From the NCBI GenBank assembly GCA_046716205.1, contig JBKJXT010000332.1, positions 1-32,678 of the forward strand: a DNA stretch of 32,678 bases. The letters run 5' to 3'. Position 1 is the first letter of the stretch; every line of letters starts with the position of its first letter. The notes beneath the pieces are model-generated. The model was not told the origin of the DNA. It saw only the letters and a program-made list of their open reading frames with translations, and searched no databases. Made by a program: the position numbers and the translations under genes. The DNA comes from Actinomycetota bacterium. GTDB taxonomy: Bacteria > Actinomycetota > AC-67. Below are positions 7,751-16,084 of this stretch, in pieces.

Positions 7751-8839
7751 GTGCATCGTTCGCACATGCGTCTGATCCGGCACGGCGACCGCGGGGCGCA
7801 CGTCCTCGACGTGCAGGCCCGTCTGGGATCCTTGGGCTACGACATCCCGGCCGACGAACGTCTCGGCTCGTTCGCCGACGGCACCCTGCGCGCGGTCAGC
7901 GGTTTCCAGCAGCAGCGGGGCCTGATCGTCGACGGGATCGTGGGTGAGGACAGCTGGCGCGAGCTCGTCGAAGCATCGTGGCGGCTGGGCGATCGCGTGT
8001 TGTACCTGCGCGCGCCGAACCTGCGCGGCGACGACGTTCGCGAGCTGCAGGACCGTCTGGCGACGATGGGCTTCGATCCCTGGCGCACCGATGGCATGTT
8101 CGGGCCGCGCACCGCGGATGCCGTGCGCGAGTTCCAGCACAACTACGGACTCAATCCCGACGGCATCGTGGGCGAGGGGACCGTCCGCGCGCTGGCCGGG
8201 TTGCCGAAGATGGCAGGGGACGTCCCGGTCGCGAGCGTGCGCGAGCGTGCGGCCCTGGAGCCGCGCCCCGGCGGCATCGCGGGGATGCGGATCGTGATCG
8301 ACCCCGGTCACGGTCCCGACGACCCTGGCCACACCGGTCCGACCGGCGCGCGCGAAGCAGACCTCGCATTCACGCTCGCCGTACGCGTCCAACGTGCCCT
8401 CGCCAGCGCAGCTGCCGAGGTCTTCCTGTCGCGCCGCGCCGATGCGTCGCCACCCGAGCGTGAGCGCGCCGCGCTTGCGAACGCGCTCGACGCCGACCTC
8501 TTCCTGTCCCTGCACCTCGGTGGCGGGGAGCCGTCTGCTCGTGGATGCGCGGCGTTCTACTTCGGTCATGAACGGTTCCGGTCCCAGGCAGGGGAACGGC
8601 TCGCAGAGCTGATGGTTGAGGAAGTGTGCGCCGCGCTGGGCACGCAGGAGCTGCGGGCGCACGCGAAGACGTATCCCGTGCTGCGCGAGACGCGGATGAC
8701 GGCGATCGTGCTGGAGCCCGGCTACATCACGAACGCTGAAGAGGAACGGCTGCTGACCGAACATGGGACGCAGGCGCGCCTGGTCTACGCGATCGCGACC
8801 GCCGTTGCGAGGTTCGCGGGCGCGCACGCCGCGGCCTGA
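7751..8839 (+). CDS. cwlM: CwlM-like N-acetylmuramoyl-L-alanine amidase: two PG-binding repeats plus an Amidase_3 domain
   Basis: Two PG_binding_1-like repeats (FQQQRGLIVDGIVGEDSW and FQHNYGLNPDGIVGEGT). Amidase_3 motifs are IVIDPGHG, READL, LSLHLGG and LEPGYITNAEE. It is syntenic with trxA as in mycobacteria. No signal peptide is evident. The start is uncertain (GTG 7751 or ATG 7766). Confidence 0.85.
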   Translation: MHRSHMRLIRHGDRGAHVLDVQARLGSLGYDIPADERLGSFADGTLRAVSGFQQQRGLIVDGIVGEDSWRELVEASWRLGDRVLYLRAPNLRGDDVRELQDRLATMGFDPWRTDGMFGPRTADAVREFQHNYGLNPDGIVGEGTVRALAGLPKMAGDVPVASVRERAALEPRPGGIAGMRIVIDPGHGPDDPGHTGPTGAREADLAFTLAVRVQRALASAAAEVFLSRRADASPPERERAALANALDADLFLSLHLGGGEPSARGCAAFYFGHERFRSQAGERLAELMVEEVCAALGTQELRAHAKTYPVLRETRMTAIVLEPGYITNAEEERLLTEHGTQARLVYAIATAVARFAGAHAAA

Positions 8840-8842
8840 GCG

Positions 8843-9466
8843 TCAGCCCGGCGCCTTCTGCGAAGACAGCTCCTGCGAGAAGACGCTCTCGAGGAACGCC
8901 TCGACCGCTGCTTCTACGTTCTTGCGATGCTTCGCGAGCGATCCCAGATCGAGCCGGTAGAGCGGGAAGCGCGGATGTTCGCGCTTGATACGGAATCCGA
9001 TCGCTTCGAGGAACGCGCCCGGCAGGATGCAGGCCTCGTGGCGCCACGCGCGATCGCCGTACGCCTCCACCGCTTTCTTGCCGCGATCCTTCGCTTCCTT
9101 CAGCACGGCTTGCACCAGCGCCTTGCCAACGCCTTGCCCGGCCGCTTCCGGCATCACCCTCATCGACGCCAGGAACAGCGCGTCCTTGGAGATCCGCAGC
9201 GGGAACACGTCCGCGCCGTGGAACATCTCCTGCGGGCCGCACAGCGCGTAGCCGGCCGGCGAGCCGTCCACGTAACAGATCTTCCCGCAGTTTCCATACA
9301 TCAGCGAGACCTCCGAGCACCACGCTTCCTTCTCGAAGTCCGCATCGTGGGCGCCGAGCGTCAGCGCGCGGTCGGCCGGCGCGTACTCCCAGAAGACGCA
9401 TCCCCGACAGGGGCGCGGGAGGTCATCGACGTTGGTGTGGCTCAGGTCGCGGATCTGCCGCGCCAC
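8843..9466 (-). CDS. GNAT-family N-acetyltransferase with a Cys-rich N-terminal region
   Basis: GTG 9466 is preceded by GGGAGG at a 5 nt spacing. GNAT motif A-like QGVGKALVQAVLKEA is present. Cys residues sit at positions 20, 23, 50, 60, 64 and 76. Confidence 0.8.
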   Translation of the reverse strand: MARQIRDLSHTNVDDLPRPCRGCVFWEYAPADRALTLGAHDADFEKEAWCSEVSLMYGNCGKICYVDGSPAGYALCGPQEMFHGADVFPLRISKDALFLASMRVMPEAAGQGVGKALVQAVLKEAKDRGKKAVEAYGDRAWRHEACILPGAFLEAIGFRIKREHPRFPLYRLDLGSLAKHRKNVEAAVEAFLESVFSQELSSQKAPG

Positions 9467-9582
9467 GCGCGCCTCCCGGTCGAGCCATCACGCTTGCTGA
9501 AGATCGCTGCCACTACGCCCACCGCAAGGCCGAGCGCCACCGCGACGAGCGCCCGCCTCGCCTCGCTGCCGGGCTCGGTCAC
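9442..9582 (-). CDS. candidate small ORF (46 aa) encoding a single-TM peptide
   Basis: GTG 9582 forms a GTGA overlap with the aminotransferase stop. Hand translation gives [46 protein letters not shown]. It has a clear TM helix and high G/C at third positions. It overlaps the GNAT start by 25 nt. It is not in the ORF track because it is under 60 aa. Confidence 0.3.
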   Translation of the reverse strand: MTEPGSEARRALVAVALGLAVGVVAAIFSKRDGSTGRRAWRGRSAT

Positions 9583-10748
9583 TGCCCGAGCGCCTTACGG
9601 ATGCCACGCGTTGCCTGGCGGATGCGGTGCTCGTTCTCGACGAGTGCGAAGCGCACGAAGCGATCGCCGGCGCGCCCGAAACCGATCCCCGGCGACACGG
9701 CGACCTTGCCCTCTTTCAACAGGAACTTCGCGAACTCCAGCGAGCCGTTGTCCGCGTGCTCGGGCGGGATCTCGGCCCAGACGAACATCGTGGCCTTCGG
9801 AGCCGGCACGCTCCATCCGGCACGCTCGAGACCGTCGATGAGCACGTCGCGGCGCACCCGGTAGATGTCGTTGAACACCTTGGTCTCTTCCTCGCACTCG
9901 TTCAGCGCGATGATGGCGGCGATCTGGATCGGCTGGAACACGCCGTAATCCAGGTAGGACTTCAGCCGGGTCAGCGCCTGCACCATCTCGGGGTTGCCGA
10001 CGACGAACGCGATGCGCCAGCCTGCCATCGAGAAGGACTTCGACATCGAGAAGATCTCGACGCCGACGTCTTTCGCGCCGGGCACCTGGAGGAACGACGG
10101 GGGTTTGTAGTCGTCGAAGGCGAGGTCCGCGTAGGCGAAGTCATGGATCACCATCATCTTGTGTTCCTTGGCGAACTCGACGAGGCGCTCGAAGAACTCC
10201 AACTCCACGCACGTGGTCGTCGGATTATGCGGGAACGATGTGATCACCACGCGCGGCCGCGGCCATGTTCCTTCGTAGGCCGTCTTCATGTTCGCGAAGA
10301 AGTCGTCGTTGGGACCCAGTGGCACGCTTCGTACGTCCGCGCCGGCAAGCGCCATCGAGAACGTGTGGATCGGATACGTCGGCTCGGGAACGAGACAGGA
10401 GTCACCCGGCCCGACGAGCGTCCACGCCATGTGCGAGATCGCTTCTTTCGCGCCCATGGTCGACATCGCCTCGGTCTCGGGATCGAGCACGACGCCGTAG
10501 CGACGCTCGTACCAGTCGACGATCGCCTTGCGCAGCTTCGGCACGCCGCGGCTCGTCGAGTACCGATGGTTCTTCGGGTTCTGGGCGGCCTCGATCAGCT
10601 TGTCCACGATCGGCTGCGGCGTCGGCAGATCGGGGTTGCCCATGCCCAGATCGATGATGTCCTCGCCGGCTCGGCGCGCCGCGGCTCGTGCGTCGGTCAC
10701 GACGCTCAAGACGTATGGCGGCAAGCGCTCGATCCGGCGGAAATCCAC
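9579..10748 (-). CDS. alaC: PLP-dependent class I aminotransferase, AlaC/YfdZ-like (389 aa)
   Basis: The N-terminus [15 protein letters not shown]...[17 protein letters not shown] and the PLP-lysine motif [11 protein letters not shown] closely follow the E. coli AlaC pattern as I recall it. GTG 10748 has GGAGGA 5 nt upstream. The longer track ORF overlaps parB. Confidence 0.88.
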   Translation of the reverse strand: MDFRRIERLPPYVLSVVTDARAAARRAGEDIIDLGMGNPDLPTPQPIVDKLIEAAQNPKNHRYSTSRGVPKLRKAIVDWYERRYGVVLDPETEAMSTMGAKEAISHMAWTLVGPGDSCLVPEPTYPIHTFSMALAGADVRSVPLGPNDDFFANMKTAYEGTWPRPRVVITSFPHNPTTTCVELEFFERLVEFAKEHKMMVIHDFAYADLAFDDYKPPSFLQVPGAKDVGVEIFSMSKSFSMAGWRIAFVVGNPEMVQALTRLKSYLDYGVFQPIQIAAIIALNECEEETKVFNDIYRVRRDVLIDGLERAGWSVPAPKATMFVWAEIPPEHADNGSLEFAKFLLKEGKVAVSPGIGFGRAGDRFVRFALVENEHRIRQATRGIRKALGQ

Positions 10749-10749
10749 C

Positions 10750-11658
10750 TTAGTCCTCCGTTCGACCCTGGATGTGACGGACGATGCGTCCCAGGTCTTC
10801 CTCGCCCGCGAAGTCGATGACGATGCGCCCACGACGGCGCCCGGGCTCGACCTTGACGCTGGTCGCCAGGATATCGGAGAGCATCGATTCCGCTTCCAAT
10901 ACACCTGCGGACCGCTCGACCGTTCGGGTCGCCACGGCGCGCTCACGCAACACGACGCCTGCGCCGGCCATCTGACGCACGAGCTCTTCTGTCGCGCGCA
11001 CACTCAGGCCTTCGGCGGCGATGCGGGCGGCGGCGCGCGCCTGCTGTCCATGGTCGGCGAGCGCGGCGACGGCGCGCCCGTGCGCGGCAGACAGGACGCC
11101 GGAGGCGATCCGTGCCTGCACCTCGGGAGCAAGCGCGAGCAAGCGCAAGGCGTTGGTCACCGCGGCGCGTGACTTGCCGACCTTCTCGGCGATCTCCTCG
11201 TGCGTCGCACCGAAGTCGTCGACCAACTGACGCAGCGCGGCTGCTTCTTCGAGCGGGTTGAGGTCGACGCGTTGGAGGTTCTCGATGAGAGCGTCTCGCA
11301 GCATGTCGTCGTCGCCGACCTCGCGCAGGATGGCGGGGACGACCTGCAGCCCGGCAAGGCGCGCAGCGCGCAACCGCCGCTCCCCCGCCACGAGCTCGTA
11401 GCCTCGCGACGTCTCACGGATGACGATCGGCTGCAGCAATCCCACCGCAATGATCGACGCGGACAGCTCCGCGAGCCCCGTCTCGTCGAACACCGTTCGA
11501 GGCTGCCGCGGGTTCCGCCCGATCGTGTCGATCGCCACCTCGATCAGCGCCGACGACTGCACGGAGATGTCCGCGACGCCGTCCGCCTGCGAAGGCGGCG
11601 TGCCCGGCAACAACGCGGAAAGGCCGCGTCCGAGTCCACCTTTCGGCTGTTCTGTCAT
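10750..11658 (-). CDS. parB: chromosome partitioning protein ParB (302 aa)
   Basis: [11 protein letters not shown]-terminal motif, the ParB box [17 protein letters not shown] and an HTH region. ATG 11658 overlaps the parA stop (ATGA). Stop TAA is at 10750-10752. Confidence 0.95.
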   Translation of the reverse strand: MTEQPKGGLGRGLSALLPGTPPSQADGVADISVQSSALIEVAIDTIGRNPRQPRTVFDETGLAELSASIIAVGLLQPIVIRETSRGYELVAGERRLRAARLAGLQVVPAILREVGDDDMLRDALIENLQRVDLNPLEEAAALRQLVDDFGATHEEIAEKVGKSRAAVTNALRLLALAPEVQARIASGVLSAAHGRAVAALADHGQQARAAARIAAEGLSVRATEELVRQMAGAGVVLRERAVATRTVERSAGVLEAESMLSDILATSVKVEPGRRRGRIVIDFAGEEDLGRIVRHIQGRTED

Positions 11659-12590
11659 GGCTGCTCTCCCCCGCGCTCGCCATCGCGTGCGCCCCCATCG
11701 ACCGTTGCCTCGGCGACGACCTCGCCCGCGCCGGGCGTCCCGCTCGTCAGCGGCCATCGCGCGAGCACCTCGCGCGCCAGTTCGCGATACGCGAACGCCG
11801 CCCGCGAACTCGGGTCGTACTTCATGACCGGCTTGCCGTATCCCGGAGCCTCCGACAACCGGACGCTCCTGGGGATGACGGTCTGGAACACGGTGTCTCC
11901 GAAGTAGCTTCGCACCTCCGCCACGACCTGCTCTGCGAGCTTGGTGCGCGCGTCGAACATCGTCAGCACCACGCCGCCGACCGACAGCGTCTCGTTGAGT
12001 CCGTCCCGGACAAGCTCGAGGGTGCGCATCAGCTGGCCAAGCCCTTCCAGCGCGTAGTACTCGCATTGGATCGGAACGATCGTGAAGTCGGCCGCCGACA
12101 GCGCATTCACGGTGAGCAGTCCCAGGGATGGAGGAGAGTCGACCAGGATGAAGTCGTAGGCCTCGCGCGCGGGCAACAGCGCCTGGCGCAGCTTGGTTTC
12201 TCGCGCGAACGCACTGACGAGCTCGACCTCAGCACCCGCGAGGTCAATCGTCGACGGAACGACCGACAAGCCGTCCACCTCCGTACCCAGCGTCGCCTCA
12301 CCGAGCGATGCTCCGCCGAGGACCTCGTAGCTCCCGACCTTCACTTGCTTGCGATCGATGCCGACCCCGGTGGATGCGTTGCCCTGGGGGTCGAGGTCTA
12401 CCAGCAGCACCCGAGCACCGAGGGCCGCAAGGCTGGCTCCGAGGTTCACGGCGGTCGTCGTCTTGCCGACACCGCCCTTCTGATTCGTCAGGGCGAAGAC
12501 GAGACCGGGCCTGCCAGTTTCTTCTGTGGTAATCTCTGGAAGTTCCTGGGGTGCTGGCGACTGGATCACGCCCTGTTCGTCGCTCTGCAC
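11655..12590 (-). CDS. parA: chromosome partitioning ATPase ParA/Soj
   Basis: Deviant Walker A NQKGGVGKTTTAVNLG. GTG 12590 lies immediately after the rsmG stop. An alternative GTG at 12569 is possible. Confidence 0.95.
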   Translation of the reverse strand: MQSDEQGVIQSPAPQELPEITTEETGRPGLVFALTNQKGGVGKTTTAVNLGASLAALGARVLLVDLDPQGNASTGVGIDRKQVKVGSYEVLGGASLGEATLGTEVDGLSVVPSTIDLAGAEVELVSAFARETKLRQALLPAREAYDFILVDSPPSLGLLTVNALSAADFTIVPIQCEYYALEGLGQLMRTLELVRDGLNETLSVGGVVLTMFDARTKLAEQVVAEVRSYFGDTVFQTVIPRSVRLSEAPGYGKPVMKYDPSSRAAFAYRELAREVLARWPLTSGTPGAGEVVAEATVDGGARDGERGGEQP

Positions 12591-13220
12591 TCAGGCCCCC
12601 TCGGCTCGTCGCGTCATCATAAGGAGGCGTCCGGGCGAGTCAACCCCCGGACGCGCCATACGCAGCACCCGGGCACCACTGGGCGTGGGCACATCTTCAC
12701 TGACTGCGAGCATCGCCTCACCCCCTTCACGAAGGAGCGCAGAGATCGCGTCCAGCGCAACGCTGGGCTCGGCCAGCGCGCGAGCGGTCACGACGTCGAA
12801 GGCGCGCTGCGGAGCGGCTGAGGCACGGGCGGCGACGACCTCGCAGTTCGATAGCCCGAGATCGGCCGCCATCAGCTCCAGGAAGCCGGCACGCCGCTGC
12901 TGCGGCTCGATCAGAGCGAACCGGGTTGCGGGATAACAGATCGCGAGCACCAGACCGGGGAAGCCGGCACCCGTTCCGACGTCCGCCCATCCTTCGCCAG
13001 CCGCAGGGGCCCTGGCCAGGGCGAATAGCAAGGAGTCCGCGGTGTGCCGGGGGAGGACGTGGTCGAGGTCAACCTTCGACACGAGGCCCAATCGGTCACC
13101 CTCACGCCTTACCGCAGCAGCGTGAGCGAGCAGAGGTGACAGGAAGCCCGGCGAGAGCTGAAGCTCTCTCAGCAATGCCGCGAGAGCACCGACGCCGTCG
13201 GGATGTTTCACGAGAAACAT
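12591..13220 (-). CDS. rsmG: 16S rRNA (guanine527-N7)-methyltransferase
   Basis: SAM-binding motif DVGTGAGFPGLVLAI. Position between jag and parA is conserved. Confidence 0.9.
   Translation of the reverse strand: MFLVKHPDGVGALAALLRELQLSPGFLSPLLAHAAAVRREGDRLGLVSKVDLDHVLPRHTADSLLFALARAPAAGEGWADVGTGAGFPGLVLAICYPATRFALIEPQQRRAGFLELMAADLGLSNCEVVAARASAAPQRAFDVVTARALAEPSVALDAISALLREGGEAMLAVSEDVPTPSGARVLRMARPGVDSPGRLLMMTRRAEGA
13204..13219. promoter_or_regulatory. parS candidate, one mismatch from the 16-bp consensus
   Basis: TGTTTCACGAGAAACA versus the palindromic consensus TGTTTCACGTGAAACA. It overlaps the first codons of rsmG. No second full-length match was found by eye. Confidence 0.6.
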
Positions 13221-13257
13221 GGTACGTCGGGGCGCGGATCAGAAGGGGATGTTGGAG

Positions 13258-13794
13258 CTAGGGACCGGCCGAGACATCGCTGCTACTGATGACGACGTGA
13301 CGGTCCTGGCCCTCACCGTGACTCGCGGTCGTAACCCCGTCAAGCTCGGCGATGCAGTCGTGGCCGCCCTTGCGCTCGTAGCTCGGCATAGGCGCGAGCT
13401 CGTAGGGCGTGCCTTCGCGCAAGACTTTCTCTGCGATACCCCGGACGCGTCGCTCAAGCAGCTCTCGCTGCCTGTCACGGTAGCCGTCGATGTCGAGCGT
13501 CAGCCGAACATGCGACGAGGTCTGGTGCTGCACCGCAGCCCGCACGAGATCCTGTAGAGCCTCGAGGGTGGCGCCGTGGCGTCCGATGAGGATCGCCATG
13601 TCAGGGCCCGTGACCTCGACATATATCGAATCACCCTCGAATTCCGCCTGCGCCTCACCATCCATGTCCAGCACGTCGAGCAGGCCGTTGATGAAGTCCT
13701 CGGCCGCGTCCGCCTGGTCGTCGAGCAGGGCGTCTTCTCCCCCGCCGGCGGGGGGCGCACCGTCGGGCGTCAAGGCGATGTCCTCGGTGGTCAC
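13258..13794 (-). CDS. jag: Jag/KhpB-type RNA-binding protein (KH + R3H domains)
   Basis: KH-like DMAILIGRHGATLEALQDLV and a C-terminal R3H-like segment (SYERKGGHDCIAELDGVTTASHGEG..RHVVI). GTG 13794 overlaps the yidC stop (GTGA). Confidence 0.85.
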   Translation of the reverse strand: MTTEDIALTPDGAPPAGGGEDALLDDQADAAEDFINGLLDVLDMDGEAQAEFEGDSIYVEVTGPDMAILIGRHGATLEALQDLVRAAVQHQTSSHVRLTLDIDGYRDRQRELLERRVRGIAEKVLREGTPYELAPMPSYERKGGHDCIAELDGVTTASHGEGQDRHVVISSSDVSAGP

Positions 13795-15044
13795 TTTCGC
13801 TTCTTGCCTTTCTTGGATCGGTTCTGCGGCGGCTTCTTCTTCGTAGGCGGCTCCACGATCAGGTCGGGGATGACCTTGGTGTCCTTGATCTCCTTGGACT
13901 TCGCCTTGCCACCCTCAGGCGCGCCCGGCATCCCAAGGCGCGCGCCCATCTTCTTGAACAGGAAGCCCTGTTGGCCGATCGAGAATAAGTTCGTCGTCAG
14001 CATGTAGACGTTAAGACCCGCCGGGAAGCTGATCGACAGGAACCCGAACAGCACGGGCATGATCCGCGTCATCATCTGCTGCTGCTGCGCAGCTTGCCCC
14101 GTGGATCGGGCGGCCATCTGTTTGCCCTGGTAGTAAGTCGTGGCGGCGACGAGGAGCACCAGCAGATAGTACGGGATCGCCTTCGTGGTGCTTCCGGTGT
14201 CACCGGAGGCAGTGCATTCCTTGATCTTCTTGGGTGACGAGACCTGGCTGGCGGAGCAGCCTGACTCCAGCCCGAACATCGATGCTCGATCAGCGGTCAG
14301 GTCTCTGAAGAGCTTGCCGTCCTTGGGAAGATGCCCAGAGCCCAACGTTGACGTGCACTTGAAGGCGACGACCTTGGTGATGACCCCGGCCGAGTCCCGC
14401 TGGTCGGCGACGTAGGGGCTGCAGCCGGTGATCCACGGGGCGCGCTCGATCTTGATGGTGTCATCCTGAGCGTCCCGCAGGTCGCTGATCGTGAAGATCT
14501 GATCCCCCGTCTTGGTCGGACAGAGGACCTGAGTGGGGGTAGCCCCGTCGGCGCTCGGCTGGGTGACTGGCCGGCAGACTGTTCCCTTCATCTCCTTCTC
14601 GTCGAAGACATCCGGCGAGACGGGCGCCCCGCCCAGCGTGGCCGCCGCCAGCACCACGACGGAGGCGCGGAAGACGGCGAACATCGCGATGAGCACCGGG
14701 AACTGGCTGACCGCAGGCAGGCAGCCGCCGAACATGCTCGCGCCGTGCGCGGAGTAAAGCTCTTGGAGCTCTTTGTTCATGGCCAGGCGCAGCTGCTGGA
14801 CCTCGGCGCGATCCTTCGACTTCTGCTGCTGGGCCCGGTATTTCGCCTGGATCTTCTTCATCTCCGGCGCGAGCTTCTGCTGCGCCGCGAAGCCCTTGAT
14901 CTGTTTGACGGTCAGCGGGATGAGAAGCGACCGCACCGCGATCGTCAGGAGCATGATCGCGACCCCGTAGGCCGGGATGACCTCGTAGATGCCGTTCAGA
15001 ACAGCGCCGAGCGCTCGTTCGATGGCACCGATTATCTCAGCCAC
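13791..15044 (-). CDS. yidC: membrane protein insertase YidC (417 aa) with an enlarged extracytoplasmic loop and a polybasic tail
   Basis: Core TM1 carries the conserved Arg (LLTIAVRSLLIPL). It is followed by a coiled-coil C1 loop and the late TMs (MMTRIMPVLFGFLSISFPAGLNVYMLTTNLFSIGQQ). The tail is Lys/Arg-rich. Confidence 0.95.
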   Translation of the reverse strand: MAEIIGAIERALGAVLNGIYEVIPAYGVAIMLLTIAVRSLLIPLTVKQIKGFAAQQKLAPEMKKIQAKYRAQQQKSKDRAEVQQLRLAMNKELQELYSAHGASMFGGCLPAVSQFPVLIAMFAVFRASVVVLAAATLGGAPVSPDVFDEKEMKGTVCRPVTQPSADGATPTQVLCPTKTGDQIFTISDLRDAQDDTIKIERAPWITGCSPYVADQRDSAGVITKVVAFKCTSTLGSGHLPKDGKLFRDLTADRASMFGLESGCSASQVSSPKKIKECTASGDTGSTTKAIPYYLLVLLVAATTYYQGKQMAARSTGQAAQQQQMMTRIMPVLFGFLSISFPAGLNVYMLTTNLFSIGQQGFLFKKMGARLGMPGAPEGGKAKSKEIKDTKVIPDLIVEPPTKKKPPQNRSKKGKKRK

Positions 15045-15303
15045 GCTCTGTCCTCATCCTGGGGCGCATCAGGCGGAACAACGGTCCGGTGGCCGGAACA
15101 TCATCCACCCCCGCGCGTGTGTATGGGTTGCAACGGAGGATGCGCCATATGGCTTGGGCTCCCCCACGGATCAGGCCGTTCGCCCGCAGCGCGCTGATCG
15201 CGTACTCCGAGCACGACGGTGTGAACCGACAGCTCGGAGCCACCAGGCGCCCGATGGTCAGCTGGTACAAGCGCACGAGCAGCGCGGCAGCGCGGCCTAA
15301 CAT
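15037..15303 (-). CDS. yidD: membrane protein insertion efficiency factor YidD
   Basis: YQLTIGRLVAPSCRFTPSCSEYAISALRANGLIRGGAQAIWRILRCNP is the canonical YidD signature. It overlaps yidC by 8 nt and rnpA by 7 nt. Confidence 0.9.
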   Translation of the reverse strand: MLGRAAALLVRLYQLTIGRLVAPSCRFTPSCSEYAISALRANGLIRGGAQAIWRILRCNPYTRAGVDDVPATGPLFRLMRPRMRTERG

Positions 15304-15647
15304 GTCGCTCCGGCTATGCGCAGCGCCCGGGCCAACTCGTCCCCGATCTGACCGAAGGAGCTCCGGAGGAGCGCCGGCCGCGCCGAAAGCACGATGTCGC
15401 GGCCCGGTTCAAGCTGGATCTCCCGCGAGGCCGCGCGGAGGAGGCGCTTCGCGCGGTTGCGGGCGACCGCACCGCCGAGCTTGGTGGACGCCGAGACCCC
15501 GATCCGCGTCACCCCGTCGATCCCGGGAGCGACCGCCACCGCGACGAGAAGAGAGGAAGCTCTGCGGCCCATGGTGGTCACGCGCCGGAAGTCGCGCGAA
15601 GAGGTCAGCCGGTGGACTCTGGTCATGGCTGGAGGGGTGAGCGCCAC
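15297..15647 (-). CDS. rnpA: ribonuclease P protein component
   Basis: RLTSSRDFRRV and KLGGAVARNRAKRLLR motifs. It lies directly downstream of rpmH. The start is GTG 15647 or ATG 15626. Confidence 0.9.
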   Translation of the reverse strand: MALTPPAMTRVHRLTSSRDFRRVTTMGRRASSLLVAVAVAPGIDGVTRIGVSASTKLGGAVARNRAKRLLRAASREIQLEPGRDIVLSARPALLRSSFGQIGDELARALRIAGATC

Positions 15648-15655
15648 GGAGGCGA

Positions 15656-15790
15656 TCAGACGGTGAGGCGGGCCCGACCCTTACGGCGGCGACGCGAAAT
15701 CACGGCACGCCCGGCGCGGGTTCGCATGCGCGCACGGAAACCATGCACGCGCTTGCGGCGTCGATTGGAGGGTTGGTAGGTCCGCTTCAT
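15656..15790 (-). CDS. rpmH: 50S ribosomal protein L34 (44 aa)
   Basis: Hand translation gives [44 protein letters not shown]. It is absent from the ORF track only because it is under 60 aa. Confidence 0.95.
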   Translation of the reverse strand: MKRTYQPSNRRRKRVHGFRARMRTRAGRAVISRRRRKGRARLTV

Positions 15791-15812
15791 GATTAGGGTG
15801 AGAGGTCGAGGC

Positions 15813-15842
15813 AGTCTACGCGGCGGCTTTCGATACCGTCAA
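15813..15842 (-). promoter_or_regulatory. candidate housekeeping promoter for rpmH-rnpA (TTGACG-N18-TAGACT)
   Basis: On the minus strand the -35 TTGACG is at 15842-15837 and the -10 TAGACT at 15818-13. It sits about 20 nt upstream of the rpmH ATG. Confidence 0.4.
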
Positions 15843-15883
15843 CACGAGCAGCGCTCGGGGGGTGCATCGCCCCAGCGTAGGCA

Positions 15884-16084
15884 TGTGGACAGGGCATTTC
15901 CCGTTCTTGTATCCACAGATTCCGCTGCCTATACTCGCGCCTCCGCAGGACCGCCGATGGTTGCGTTCGTACCTCCTTCCCGTACGCCTCCCCCCTTGTT
16001 CCCGCACGCCTAGAAGGCGCTGCGGCGGTAAGACGCGATGTCCCCTAACCATCGTCCACACCTGTGGATGACGCTTGTGGACCA
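15884..16084. promoter_or_regulatory. DnaA-box cluster upstream of dnaA (5 boxes with at most 1 mismatch)
   Basis: Boxes: CTGTCCACA (reverse, 15884-15892), GTATCCACA (15909-15917), TCGTCCACA (16052-16060), TCATCCACA (reverse, 16063-16071) and TGGTCCACA (reverse, 16076-16084). Consensus is TT(A/G)TCCACA. Confidence 0.6.
15907..15935 (+). promoter_or_regulatory. candidate dnaA promoter TTGTAT-N17-TATACT overlapping a DnaA box
   Basis: -35 at 15907-15912 and -10 at 15930-15935. DnaA box 15909-15917 overlaps the -35 and spacer, which is consistent with autoregulation. Confidence 0.4.

Noticed and set aside
7193-8827. 544-aa ORF antisense to trxA and the cwlM-like gene
   Set aside because: It is a shadow ORF of strongly motif-supported plus-strand genes and has low-complexity Arg-rich content.
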